From Vicinamibacterales bacterium (lineage in GTDB: Bacteria > Acidobacteriota > Vicinamibacteria > Vicinamibacterales > UBA8438), in assembly GCA_965207595.1 (NCBI GenBank), contig CBDBMW010000012.1, forward strand, positions 1,039,466 to 1,103,465: a stretch of 64,000 nucleotides of DNA, given 5' to 3'. The notes under the pieces are model-generated. The model was not told the origin of the DNA. It was given only the letters and a program-made list of their open reading frames with translations, and did no database searches. Below, piece after piece: positions 27,250 through 36,045 of the stretch (position 1 is its first letter; every line of letters begins with the position of its first letter). A program made the translations under genes and the position numbers.

Positions 27250-27403
27250 ACCAATCCGACAACCCTCTCGCCGCCCTTCACGGCAGCGACCGACATGGTG
27301 CCTTCGGACGGGCCGATCTTCGAGTTCGCCTGCCACGAGGGCAACTACGGACTGGCCAGCATGCAGGCCGGGCGCCCGCGCCGAGGAACGCGAGGCCCGC
27401 TGA
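27250..27403 (+). pseudogene. C-terminal fragment of an uncharacterised protein of the ACHEGNY-motif type, frameshifted
   Basis: TNPTTLSPPF...IFEFACHEGNYGLASM, continuing in another frame as GARAEEREAR-stop; no 5' part. Confidence 0.55.
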
Positions 27404-27450
27404 GGGAAGGCGGCGCATCAACACCGATCTGATGTTACAGTGATTACATC

Positions 27451-27708
27451 ATGGTGCGTACCCAGATACAGGTAACCGAAGCTCAGCACCGGCGGTTGAC
27501 ACGCTACGCGGCGCGTTTGGGCATCTCGCTGGCGGAAGCGGTGCGGCGCTGTGTCGACGCGCAGCTCGATCAGGACGACACGCATCCGTCGCGCCAGGAG
27601 CGGCTTCGCGCCGCGCTTGCCGTCTGCGGAAAATACCGCGACTCGAGTGGCGAGACCCGCGTGGCTCGGGAGCACGATCGGCACTTGGACGCGGCGTACG
27701 GCACATGA
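27451..27708 (+). CDS. RHH/CopG-type antitoxin
   Basis: MVRTQIQVTEAQHRRLTRYAARLGISLAEAVRRCVD; imperfect palindrome GATGTTA-N6-TTACATC at 27431-27450. Confidence 0.88.
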   Translation: MVRTQIQVTEAQHRRLTRYAARLGISLAEAVRRCVDAQLDQDDTHPSRQERLRAALAVCGKYRDSSGETRVAREHDRHLDAAYGT

Positions 27709-28115
27709 GCGTCTTCGCTGACACGTCCGGCCTGTATGCCCTGCTCGTTGGCTCCGAAGATGGCCATGCCGGCGTGGTGCGCGCGTTCCGGGCCGTTGTT
27801 TCGCAACAGCGTCCGCTCCGGACGACGTCGTATGTCGTGGTCGAGACGGTCGCTCTGCTGCAGCACCGCGTTGGACTGGAAGCGGTGCGCGACTTCGACG
27901 ACCATGTGTACCCGTTGCTGTCCGTGGAGTGGGTGTCCGACGAGTTGCACCGCCGCGGCATGCGATGCCTGTCGCGGGCGAACCGCCGCCGCCTGAGTCT
28001 CGTCGACTGTGTGAGCCTGGAGTTCATGCGCCAGCACGCGATAGAGGACGTGCTGGGACTGGACCGGCACTTCGAGGAAGCCGGCTTCACACTGCTCCCT
28101 GCGGCGGCCGACTAA
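27705..28115 (+). CDS. vapC: PIN-domain VapC toxin
   Basis: VFADTSGLYALL, TTSYVVVETVALL, LSLVDCVSLEFM, LDRHFEEAGF. Confidence 0.92.
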   Translation: MSVFADTSGLYALLVGSEDGHAGVVRAFRAVVSQQRPLRTTSYVVVETVALLQHRVGLEAVRDFDDHVYPLLSVEWVSDELHRRGMRCLSRANRRRLSLVDCVSLEFMRQHAIEDVLGLDRHFEEAGFTLLPAAAD

Positions 28116-28147
28116 GAAAAGACACCAGCCTTGGCCACCGCGGAAAT

Positions 28148-28278
28148 CGTTCCACCCAGACCGATTGCGAGGTCTGGACCCGGCTGCACCGGCGTAACTG
28201 GGGATGTCCCGCGGCCAGGGCGCCGAAGCCCTGCTCAAGCGAATCAACGTGCTGGAACTGTCGGCGCCGGTCCTCACC
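28148..28278 (+). pseudogene. Degraded internal fragment of another PIN/VapC toxin
   Basis: CEVWTRLHRRN, one-base frameshift, then GAEALLKRINVLELSAPVL; resembles the central helices of a VapC subfamily (recalled, not searched). Confidence 0.5.
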
Positions 28279-31005
28279 CTACTCCCGGCGGAGCGCCGCC
28301 ATCGGGTCGATGCGGGATGCCCGCCGCGCCGGGACGAATCCGGCGGCCAGCGCGACGGCGGCCAGGGTCAGCACGGAGACGGCGACGGGCGCGGGCGTCA
28401 GCCCCTCGATCTCGTAGAGGAGCGACCGGGCCAGACGGCCGACGCCGAACGCGGCCGCGAGCCCGACCGCGCCCGCGACGAGCGTCAGTCGGGCGACGTG
28501 GCCCAGCACCATCGCCCGAACGCGCGTCGCACCCGCGCCGAGCGCCATCCGAAGGCCGATCTCGCGCGTGCGCTGGGCCACCGTGTAGGCCAGCACCCCG
28601 TAGAGGCCCACCGCCGCCAGGAGGGTGGCCAGCCCGGCGAAGGCAGCCGACAGCAGCGTGATCACGCGATCCTCGAACGCGGCCTCCTCCACCAGCCGGG
28701 GGAGGGTCATCAGTTGGGTGACGGGCAGGTTGGGATCGAGTGCGGCCACCAGCGGGCGGACCGTGCGGAGCGCAGCCTCCGGGGGCACGGTGCTCCGCGC
28801 ATAGAACGCGAGCGAGCCGACCGTCTCGGCCTGCCGGTACGGCACGTAGAGGAGCGGCGGGGCCGGGGTCTTGACGCTGTTGTAGCGCGTGTCCGCGACG
28901 AGGCCGACGATCTCGGTGTCGAGCTCGACGTCGAGGCCGCCGCGGCCCAGGCGCCGGCCCACGGCGCCGCGGCCCAGGGCGAACTTGCGCGCGAACGCCT
29001 CGTTGACGACCGCCACCGGGGGCGCCCCCCGCACGTCCGCCTCCGTGAACGTGCGGCCCGCGAGCAACGGGATCCCGAGCGTCCGGAAGTAGTCCGTGCC
29101 CACCTGGTTGAACCGCGTTTCGCGATCCGCATCGGGCGGCGCCTCGAAGCCCTCCACCCGCACGTCGATGGCCCAACTGTCTCCGACGAACACCGGGATC
29201 GAGGCCGCTGTGGCCCCCGTCACGCCGGGTTGCGCGGCCAGCTCCCCTTCGAGGCGCTCGAAGAAGGCGCGCGCCTGCTCGTCCCCATAGCCGTTCAGGC
29301 CGGGCCACAGGCGGAACGTCACGACGTCGTGCGTCCGGATCCCGAGGTCCGCGCCGCTGACGTTGCGCAGGCTCTGGACGAAGAGCCCGGTCACCACCAG
29401 CAGCATCGCCGCCAGCGCGAACTGCGCCATGACCAGCCCGCTCCGGAAGCCGGCCGCCGAACGGGCGCCGTCCGGCTGGCCGGCGTCGTGCTTGAGGGCG
29501 GTGACCAGCGCCCCCCGCGTTCCGTGGAAGGCCGGGAAGATCCCGAAGAGCAGGCCGGTCGCGAGCGCGACCGCCGCGGTGAACGGAAGCGCGTAGGGGT
29601 CCAGCGTCAACTGCAGGACCTCCGCCACCCGGGGCGGCAGCAGCGCGGCGATGAAGCGCAGCGTCCACGGCGCCGCGAGCAGCCCGGCCACGCCGCCGAG
29701 CGTGGCCAGGAGGCACGACTCGGTCAGCAGTTGCGTCACGAGCTGCCGCCGCGTCGCGCCGAGCGAGAGCCGCACCGCCATCTCGGAGGCGCGAGCGGCC
29801 GAGCGCGCCAGCAGCAGGTTGGCGATGTTCGCGCACGCGATGAGCAGGACCACGCCCGTGATGCCGAGTAGGAGCAGCAGCGGTACGGCAAAAGCCTCGT
29901 GCGCGCCGCTCTGACCTCGCCATCCGTCCACGATGGGCAACGGCTTGGCGAGGAACCGCGCCCGCATCTCCTCGCTCATGTCCGCCTGGAGCGGCGCCTC
30001 CACGTCGGTCAGGATGCTCCGGTAGAGGGGCGCCATCGCGGCGCGGGCCTGTTCGACGGCGACGTCCGGCTTCAGGCGGGCGAACAGGTAGAGCCAGTAG
30101 TTCCGGCGGTCCTCGAAGCGGCCCTCGCCGAAGCCGCCGCCCAGCCTCACGTGCATCGTGAGCGGCACGAACACCATCGACGGCATGTTGAACGCCGTCC
30201 CGCGGAAACCGGCCGGGGCCACCCCGACGATGGTCAGCGGCTCCCCGTTGACAAGCAACACGTCGCCGACCACGTCGCCCGCCCCGCCCAGTTGGGTCTG
30301 CCAGAAGGCGTGGCTCAGCACGGCGACGGGATGCCCGCCGATCGGCTCGTCGACTTCCGGGCCGAACAGGCTTCCGAGCGCCGGCACGAGGCCCAGCGCC
30401 GGAAAGTACGAGCCGGAGACCTGCATGCCCTGGACGATGTCGATGGTGCGCCCCTCGTGGGCGACGCTCGCGCCGAAGCCGCGGTGCGCCACGAGGTCCG
30501 TGAACACGGTCTGCTCCCGCTGCAGGTCGCGGAACATCGGGTAGCTGAACACCTCGTCGCAGCCGCCCTGGCCCGTGCAACTGTCCGAGCCCGGCTTCGG
30601 CCCGGGGGCCTCCAGATTCACGAGGCGCTCGGGCTCGACGACCGGCAGCGGGCGCAGCAGGAACTGGCTGTAGAGCGAGAAGATCGCGGCGTTCGACCCG
30701 ATGCCGAGGGCCAGCGACACGACCGCCACGCCGGTGACCACCGGGGTCTTGACGAGCATGCGCAGCGCCAGTCGGACGTTGGTCATCGCCTGCTCCAGTT
30801 CCTCGATGGGCCGCAGGTTGCGCTCGCGCCGGCAGGCGTCCTTCGCGCCCTCGACGCTGCCGAACTGCACCCGGGCCCGCCGCAGCGCTTCCGGCCGGGG
30901 CACCCCGGAGCGGATCAGGTCGTCGGTGTAGGCATCGAGGTGAAACCGCATCTCCTTGTCGAGATCGTCCTCGAGGCCCTCCCGGCGGCGTGTCCACCAG
31001 CTCAT
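28279..31005 (-). CDS. ADOP-family duplicated ABC permease with prefix domain (divergent clade)
   Basis: EDDLDKEMRFHL, SLALGIGSNAAIFS, LLIACANIANLLLAR, QRTREIGLRMALGA, PARRASRIDP. Confidence 0.93.
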   Translation of the reverse strand: MSWWTRRREGLEDDLDKEMRFHLDAYTDDLIRSGVPRPEALRRARVQFGSVEGAKDACRRERNLRPIEELEQAMTNVRLALRMLVKTPVVTGVAVVSLALGIGSNAAIFSLYSQFLLRPLPVVEPERLVNLEAPGPKPGSDSCTGQGGCDEVFSYPMFRDLQREQTVFTDLVAHRGFGASVAHEGRTIDIVQGMQVSGSYFPALGLVPALGSLFGPEVDEPIGGHPVAVLSHAFWQTQLGGAGDVVGDVLLVNGEPLTIVGVAPAGFRGTAFNMPSMVFVPLTMHVRLGGGFGEGRFEDRRNYWLYLFARLKPDVAVEQARAAMAPLYRSILTDVEAPLQADMSEEMRARFLAKPLPIVDGWRGQSGAHEAFAVPLLLLLGITGVVLLIACANIANLLLARSAARASEMAVRLSLGATRRQLVTQLLTESCLLATLGGVAGLLAAPWTLRFIAALLPPRVAEVLQLTLDPYALPFTAAVALATGLLFGIFPAFHGTRGALVTALKHDAGQPDGARSAAGFRSGLVMAQFALAAMLLVVTGLFVQSLRNVSGADLGIRTHDVVTFRLWPGLNGYGDEQARAFFERLEGELAAQPGVTGATAASIPVFVGDSWAIDVRVEGFEAPPDADRETRFNQVGTDYFRTLGIPLLAGRTFTEADVRGAPPVAVVNEAFARKFALGRGAVGRRLGRGGLDVELDTEIVGLVADTRYNSVKTPAPPLLYVPYRQAETVGSLAFYARSTVPPEAALRTVRPLVAALDPNLPVTQLMTLPRLVEEAAFEDRVITLLSAAFAGLATLLAAVGLYGVLAYTVAQRTREIGLRMALGAGATRVRAMVLGHVARLTLVAGAVGLAAAFGVGRLARSLLYEIEGLTPAPVAVSVLTLAAVALAAGFVPARRASRIDPMAALRRE

Positions 31006-31349
31006 CCGGCGTCTCCGCCCGCGGTCCGGAGAATCAGCCCCACCGCCTCCGCGAGCCGGGTCCAGCTCTCGACCTGCTCCTGCAGTTGCGCCCGCCCCCT
31101 GAGGGTCAGGCGGTAGAACTTCGCTTCCCGTCCCGTGTCGGACGGACGCCACTCCGCGGCGAGGAGCCTGCGCTTCTCCAGGCGGTGGAGGGCGGGATAG
31201 AGCGAGCCCTGCGGCGCCTGGAGCACGTCGCCGGATATCTGCCGGATCCGCTGCGCGATGCCGTAGCCGTGGATGGGACCGGCGGCGGCCACCCGCAGCA
31301 CGAGCAGATCCAGGGTCCCCTGCGGCAGTTCGATCCGGGGTGCGGTCAT
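31002..31349 (-). CDS. PadR-family regulator, Acidobacterial type
   Basis: ELPQGTLDLLVL, HGYGIAQRIRQIS, QGSLYPALHRLE, REAKFYRLT. Confidence 0.93.
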   Translation of the reverse strand: MTAPRIELPQGTLDLLVLRVAAAGPIHGYGIAQRIRQISGDVLQAPQGSLYPALHRLEKRRLLAAEWRPSDTGREAKFYRLTLRGRAQLQEQVESWTRLAEAVGLILRTAGGDAG

Positions 31350-31358
31350 CGCTCGATA

Positions 31359-31402
31359 CCTCTAGCTGCTACACGTACCCGATCACGTGTAGAAGATCAA
31401 GG
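31359..31402 (-). promoter_or_regulatory. padR upstream inverted operator pair
   Basis: CCTCTAGCTGCTACACGT (31359-31376) and ACGTGTAGAAGATCAAGG (31385-31402) form an imperfect inverted repeat. Confidence 0.55.
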
Positions 31403-31656
31403 CAACCGCCCCTTCGCCGTCTCGCAGCACCAAGGTATCGCTCGACCGGCACGAGCGGAAGCCCGGTACGCCCAGGTACCCTGAACGTCTCCAGCGCCGT
31501 CGCGGTACAGGACGCGCATGAGTCACCCCTCGAGGGCCCTCGAGAAGGGTCAACCAGGACCGGAAGGCGTCGCCGATGACCTACCTGGTCGGGGCAGGCA
31601 GTTTCGTCGGTATCCCAGGCTGGGGTTCTGGACGCCTGCGCTGTCTCGATCTCAGC

Positions 31657-32064
31657 CTACGGGGTGTATTGCACGTCCCAGATTCGAAGCAGGTTGCGGC
31701 ATCCGTCGTCGAAACTACGGGTGAAATCGATCATCTGCAACTGAGCCAGGGTCCAGGACAACGGGTCGTAGTCACAGGCTCGATGCATCAGCGGCGCGAT
31801 GCGCCCCTCGAACCGGTCCTGCCGAAGGGCGTACATGAGCTCTCTCTTCACCCACATGGAAGCCACAGAGTCCGGGGAGAGAACGACGATGAACCAATCG
31901 CAGCGCTGGAGCGCTTTGCCGATCTCGTCGTGCCACTGCTGGGCGCCCTGGATGTCGGTGTCGCTGTACCAGACTGGAATCTGATGGCGGCGCAGAACGC
32001 CGACCAGCCGCTCGGCGAACTCCTGATCTACATGCGAATGCGAGACGAAAACCTCGGTCGGCAC
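31657..32064 (-). CDS. Stand-alone TIR-domain protein (TIR_2-like) B
   Basis: EVFVSHSHVD, GKALQRCDWFIVVLSPDSVASMWVKRELMYAL (catalytic Glu position present), IDF; GTG start. Confidence 0.88.
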   Translation of the reverse strand: MPTEVFVSHSHVDQEFAERLVGVLRRHQIPVWYSDTDIQGAQQWHDEIGKALQRCDWFIVVLSPDSVASMWVKRELMYALRQDRFEGRIAPLMHRACDYDPLSWTLAQLQMIDFTRSFDDGCRNLLRIWDVQYTP

Positions 32065-32086
32065 TTGGGCTCGCCGCCTACGGGGC

Positions 32087-32497
32087 TCAGGCTTGGCCGA
32101 GGAGCGCCGCGGCGATGGGCTTGACCTCGGGATCGGCGCTCTCCGGGTCCGGCAGATCCACCCAGTGCAGCTTTCGGACGATCCAGGGAATCTCCCCCTT
32201 CGGAAGCTGCTCCCGACCACCGACTGCGACGGGAATCAGTCGGTTTCTGTAGCTCTTCGAACCCAGCGCGTACATCATCTCGGCCTTGACGTGCGGCGAG
32301 CTGATCGAGTTGGGCGTCAAGAGCACGACCATGGCGTCGGACTCTTCGAGCGCGCGGCCCACCTGGGCCGGCCAGTTGTCGCCGAGGAAGAGGTGGACTT
32401 CCGGATCCCACACCTGCAGCCCGGCCTTCCGGAGCGCCCTGGACACCCGGGCGGCCAGCGGCGAGTCCGAATGGGAGTGGCTGACGAAGACCTGCAT
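32087..32497 (-). CDS. Stand-alone TIR-domain protein (TIR_2-like) A
   Basis: MQVFVSHSHSD, ALEESDAMVVLLTPNSISSPHVKAEMMYAL, LIPV, WVDL; GAGGG RBS. Confidence 0.88.
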   Translation of the reverse strand: MQVFVSHSHSDSPLAARVSRALRKAGLQVWDPEVHLFLGDNWPAQVGRALEESDAMVVLLTPNSISSPHVKAEMMYALGSKSYRNRLIPVAVGGREQLPKGEIPWIVRKLHWVDLPDPESADPEVKPIAAALLGQA

Positions 32498-32605
32498 CGG
32501 AAGCAACCCTCAACGTACTCGACGCCGCTGCGGGCGTCAACGCGCCGGGACCCGGCCTCGACTTGAACAGGCCGCCGGGTCGCGCGGCGCTCGGGCCGCC
32601 GGCAC

Positions 32606-35293
32606 TCAGTCGTCCCGGAGCGCCACCATGGGACTGACCCGGCTGGCGCGCCGGGCCGGCAGCCAGGCGGCCAGGAGCGCCGCGGCGCCGAGGACCAGCG
32701 GCACGCCGGCGAACGTCAGCGGGTCGAGCGCGTCGACCTCGAACAGCAGCCCGCCCAGCAGGCGGGTCGCCACGACGGCGAGCGCCAGCCCCAGCGCGCC
32801 GCCGAGGACCACCAGCTTGAGGCCGCCCGCGACGAGCAGCCGCACGACGCGGGGGCCGTCGGCGCCGAGCGCCTTCCGGATGCCGATCTCGCGCGTCCGC
32901 CGGGCGACGCCGTAGCTGACCACCCCGTAGAGACCGACCGCGGCGAGCGCCAGGGCCAGCACCCCGAACGCCGACAGGACAAAGGCGGTCAGCCGCTGGG
33001 GCAGCCGCATCAGGGCCAGGTGGCGGTCCATCGTCTTCGTCTCGAGGACCCGCAGGTCGGGATCCAGCTCACGACCGGCGGCCAGCAGGGCGAGTGCCGT
33101 CCGCTCCGGGTCGACGGACGTCCTCGCCACGACCGTCAGCGCCGGCGTGAACCGCTGCGAGTACGGGAGATAGACCAGATTGCGCGGAGGCTCGCCGAGC
33201 GTCCTCACGTTCGCGTCGCTCGCCACGCCGACGACGAGCCAGGGGGCATTGTCGCCGGGCCGCCGGACGAGCCGCCCGACCGCGTCGCCGTCCGTCCAGA
33301 AACGCCGGGCCATCGCTTCGCTGACGATGACCACGGGCTGGGCGTCCGGCCGATCGGCGTCGAGGAAGTTGCGCCCGCGGACGATCTCGATGCCTGCCGC
33401 CTCGAAGAACCCCGGCTCGACCTCGACCCGGTCCGCGATGAAGGCACCGTGGTCCGTCGGCGGCTCGAAGCCGTCGACGTTGAAGTCGCTCGAACGCTGG
33501 CTGAGCGGGTTCAGGTGCAGGTTGCTGATGGCGCCCACCGCCTCCACGCCGGGGAGCGCGCGGAAGCGATCCAGGAGGCGCCGCGTGTACACACGCGCCT
33601 CGTCGGGCGTGAACCGGGTCGCAGGCGCCATGAACGTCAGCAGGGCGGCCGGCTCACGGCCGAAGCCCGGGTCGACCGCCTGCGCCTGCTGAAAGCTGCG
33701 GAGGAACAGGCCGGCGCCGACGAGCAGCACCAGCGAGATCGCGAGTTGCGCGACGACCAGCGCGTTGCGCCAGCGGAGCTGTCCGGGTTGGCCGCCCCCG
33801 GCGCTCTCGCCTCGGAGGGCGCCGGCCACGTCCGGCCGCGTGCTCCCGAGCGCCGGCACCATACCGAGCAGGGCGCCGGCCACGACGGAGACGCCGAGCG
33901 TGAACCCGAGGACGTTGCCGTCGGGACGGAGATCCAGCGTGACCGGCGCCGGCAGCGGGAGATCCGCGGTCACCAGCAGGTCGAGCAGCCAGACCGCCAG
34001 CCCGACGCCGGCGCCGCCGGCCAGCAGGCCGAGCAGCGTCGTCTCGGTCAGGAGGCGCCGCACGAGCGAACCGCGCGACGCGCCCAGCGCCAGGCGCACC
34101 GCAACCTCCTTGCGCCGGTCGAGGGCGCGCGCGAGCAGGAAGCTGGCGAGGTTGGTGCACGCCAGCAACAGCACGAGCCCGACGACCACCATCAACAGCC
34201 ACGCCGCCCCCCGGATGTAGCCGTCCAGCGGCGGGAAGAGCAGTACGTCGGTGAGCGGGAGGAGCGCGTACTCCCCGGCCGGATCCCAGTTCGGAATGCG
34301 GTCCCGGGTGAGCTGCGCGGCCACCGCCCCGACGGCGGTCTCGGCACGGGACAGGGTGACGCCCGGCCGGAGACGCGCCTTGACGAAGAGCGAGCTCTGG
34401 CCGCGATGGTCGAACACCGGGACTCCGTTCAGCTCCTCGGCCATCATGTACGGGACGTAGAACGTCGGCACAAGGCCGCGGAGCGTGCCCGCGAAGTCGG
34501 GCGGTCCCACCCCGATCACCGTGTACGCGCGGCCGCCGACGCGCATCTCGCGTCCCACGACTCCCGGGTCGCCGGCGAACGCGCTCTGCCAGTAGCGATA
34601 GTCGAGCATCACGACCGGGTGCCCGCCGCGCGAGACGTCGTCGCTCGGCAGCAGGGTGCGTCCGACCGCCGCCTCGATCCCCAGCATCGGGAAGTAGCTG
34701 CCGGTGACCGCCTCCGCCGGCGCCAGGCCGACGCCACCCTCCCCCCGGTCGATCGTCAATGGCAAGAAATGGGAGGCCGCGATGTCGCTGAACACCTCGG
34801 CGGTGCCGTCGCGGACATCCTCGAAATCGGGGTACGACAACGAGCCGAACTCGAACGCTGCCCGGTGCAGGTAGACGTTGACCACCTCTTCCGGCCGCTC
34901 GATCGGCGAATCGCGAAGGATCACGGCGTTGACGAGGCTGAAGATGGCGGTGTTGGCCCCGATGCCGAGCGCGAGCGAGAGGATGGCGACCGCCGTGAAG
35001 GCCGGACGCCTGGCGAGGGAACGCATGCCGTCGCGGACGTCGCGACCGACTCCGAGCTGGAGCCAGACCCAGCCGCCGCGGATGTCGCGCACCGCGTCCT
35101 TCTGTGCTTCGACGCCGCCGAAGACGGCGCGCGCCCGTCGCCGCGCTTCCCGCGGATGGACTCCTGCCTCGCGCACCAGGCGCTCTACTTCCATGTCGAG
35201 ATGGAAGCGGAACTCCTCGTCCATCCGCTGCTCGACCTCGCCACCGAACAGCAGACGGCGGAGACGGGCGCGGGCGGCATCTACCCACCGCAT
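32606..35293 (-). CDS. ADOP-family duplicated ABC permease with prefix domain
   Basis: EQRMDEEFRFHL prefix; body closely related to the permeases at 1767, 14649 and 19340. Confidence 0.93.
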   Translation of the reverse strand: MRWVDAARARLRRLLFGGEVEQRMDEEFRFHLDMEVERLVREAGVHPREARRRARAVFGGVEAQKDAVRDIRGGWVWLQLGVGRDVRDGMRSLARRPAFTAVAILSLALGIGANTAIFSLVNAVILRDSPIERPEEVVNVYLHRAAFEFGSLSYPDFEDVRDGTAEVFSDIAASHFLPLTIDRGEGGVGLAPAEAVTGSYFPMLGIEAAVGRTLLPSDDVSRGGHPVVMLDYRYWQSAFAGDPGVVGREMRVGGRAYTVIGVGPPDFAGTLRGLVPTFYVPYMMAEELNGVPVFDHRGQSSLFVKARLRPGVTLSRAETAVGAVAAQLTRDRIPNWDPAGEYALLPLTDVLLFPPLDGYIRGAAWLLMVVVGLVLLLACTNLASFLLARALDRRKEVAVRLALGASRGSLVRRLLTETTLLGLLAGGAGVGLAVWLLDLLVTADLPLPAPVTLDLRPDGNVLGFTLGVSVVAGALLGMVPALGSTRPDVAGALRGESAGGGQPGQLRWRNALVVAQLAISLVLLVGAGLFLRSFQQAQAVDPGFGREPAALLTFMAPATRFTPDEARVYTRRLLDRFRALPGVEAVGAISNLHLNPLSQRSSDFNVDGFEPPTDHGAFIADRVEVEPGFFEAAGIEIVRGRNFLDADRPDAQPVVIVSEAMARRFWTDGDAVGRLVRRPGDNAPWLVVGVASDANVRTLGEPPRNLVYLPYSQRFTPALTVVARTSVDPERTALALLAAGRELDPDLRVLETKTMDRHLALMRLPQRLTAFVLSAFGVLALALAAVGLYGVVSYGVARRTREIGIRKALGADGPRVVRLLVAGGLKLVVLGGALGLALAVVATRLLGGLLFEVDALDPLTFAGVPLVLGAAALLAAWLPARRASRVSPMVALRDD

Positions 35294-35634
35294 CACGTGC
35301 TCCGCAGCACCGCGCCGAGGCCTTCGGCGAAGCGCTGCCAGCTATCGATCTCGTCGCCGAGCGCTCGCCGACCCGACGGCGTCAGCCGGTAGTAGCGCGC
35401 CCGCCGGTTGTTGTCGGTCGTGCCCCAGTCGCTCCGAATCAACCTCTGCTTCTCGAGGCGCTGGAGGGCCGGGTACAGCGAGCCCTGGTTGATGTCCAGC
35501 ACCCCCGAGGACATCTGCCGGATCCGCTGGCCAATGCCCCAGCCGTGCATCGGCGCAAGGGAGAGCGTCTTCAGGATCACCAGGTCGAGCGAGCCTCGAA
35601 GGTCGTCTGGTCCTCTAGCCATCGAGAGGAGCAT
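35293..35634 (-). CDS. PadR-family regulator, Acidobacterial type
   Basis: DLRGSLDLVILKTL, HGWGIGQRIRQMS, QGSLYPALQRLE, RRARYYRLT. Confidence 0.93.
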   Translation of the reverse strand: MLLSMARGPDDLRGSLDLVILKTLSLAPMHGWGIGQRIRQMSSGVLDINQGSLYPALQRLEKQRLIRSDWGTTDNNRRARYYRLTPSGRRALGDEIDSWQRFAEGLGAVLRST

Positions 35635-35663
35635 GGCTCACAGCTCCTCTAGATGTCAAGAGG
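35612..35663 (-). promoter_or_regulatory. padR promoter with two 18-bp operator palindromes
   Basis: CCTCTAG-CCAT-CGAGAGG (35612) and CCTCTAG-ATGT-CAAGAGG (35646; TTGACA on the minus strand). Confidence 0.7.
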
Positions 35664-35770
35664 ACACCGAAGGACCGCGCCGATCTCGGTAGTAGACCAG
35701 CATGAACAGCGTTACGCCATCGGACCGCTACGAAGAGGCGGTCGTCGTCGAATCCGAGCGGGGTGACGGC

Positions 35771-35896
35771 GACCCGGCCGTCTTCGCCGGCGCCGCCCTC
35801 ACGATCACGGTCGTCGGCCTGCTGGCGGGGTGGGTCCCGGCGTACCGTGCAGCACGGCTCCACCCGGCGCGCACGTTGACGGAGACCCGGTCGTAG
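35771..35896 (+). pseudogene. C-terminal remnant of a seventh ADOP permease
   Basis: DPAVFAGAALTITVVGLLAGWVPAYRAARLHPARTL-stop with no upstream body. Confidence 0.7.
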
Positions 35897-35918
35897 GGGG
35901 TGTGCCCCGCGGGCACCT

Positions 35919-35967
35919 CCTATTGACATCCGATAGGAACCGTCCTATCCTATCGAAACTCAATAGG
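35919..35967 (+). promoter_or_regulatory. Orphaned padR-type promoter/operator pair
   Basis: CCTATTGACATCCGATAGG identical to 18935-18953; second site CCTATCG-AAACT-CAATAGG at 35949; TTGACA-18 bp-TATCCT. Confidence 0.78.
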
Positions 35968-35969
35968 AG

Positions 35970-36045
35970 TAGCCGGTCTCGCACGCCGGGTGGAGCGCGC
36001 CTCGGTCGCCATCGAGCTGGCGCTGCGCGACGCAGGAGAAGCGTG
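35970..36045 (+). pseudogene. padR remnant (internal deletion)
   Basis: TCGCCATCGAGCTGGCGCTGCGCGACGCAGGAGAAGCGTGA matches the 3' end of padR 19005-19340. Confidence 0.8.

Noticed and set aside
31403-31656. Intergenic segment between padR and the TIR genes as a possible TIR effector or ncRNA
   Set aside because: No frame gave a recognisable protein and no convincing structure was found
31657-32497. Calling the TIR pair a Thoeris system
   Set aside because: No thsA-type effector lies in the window, so it is kept only as an unassigned candidate
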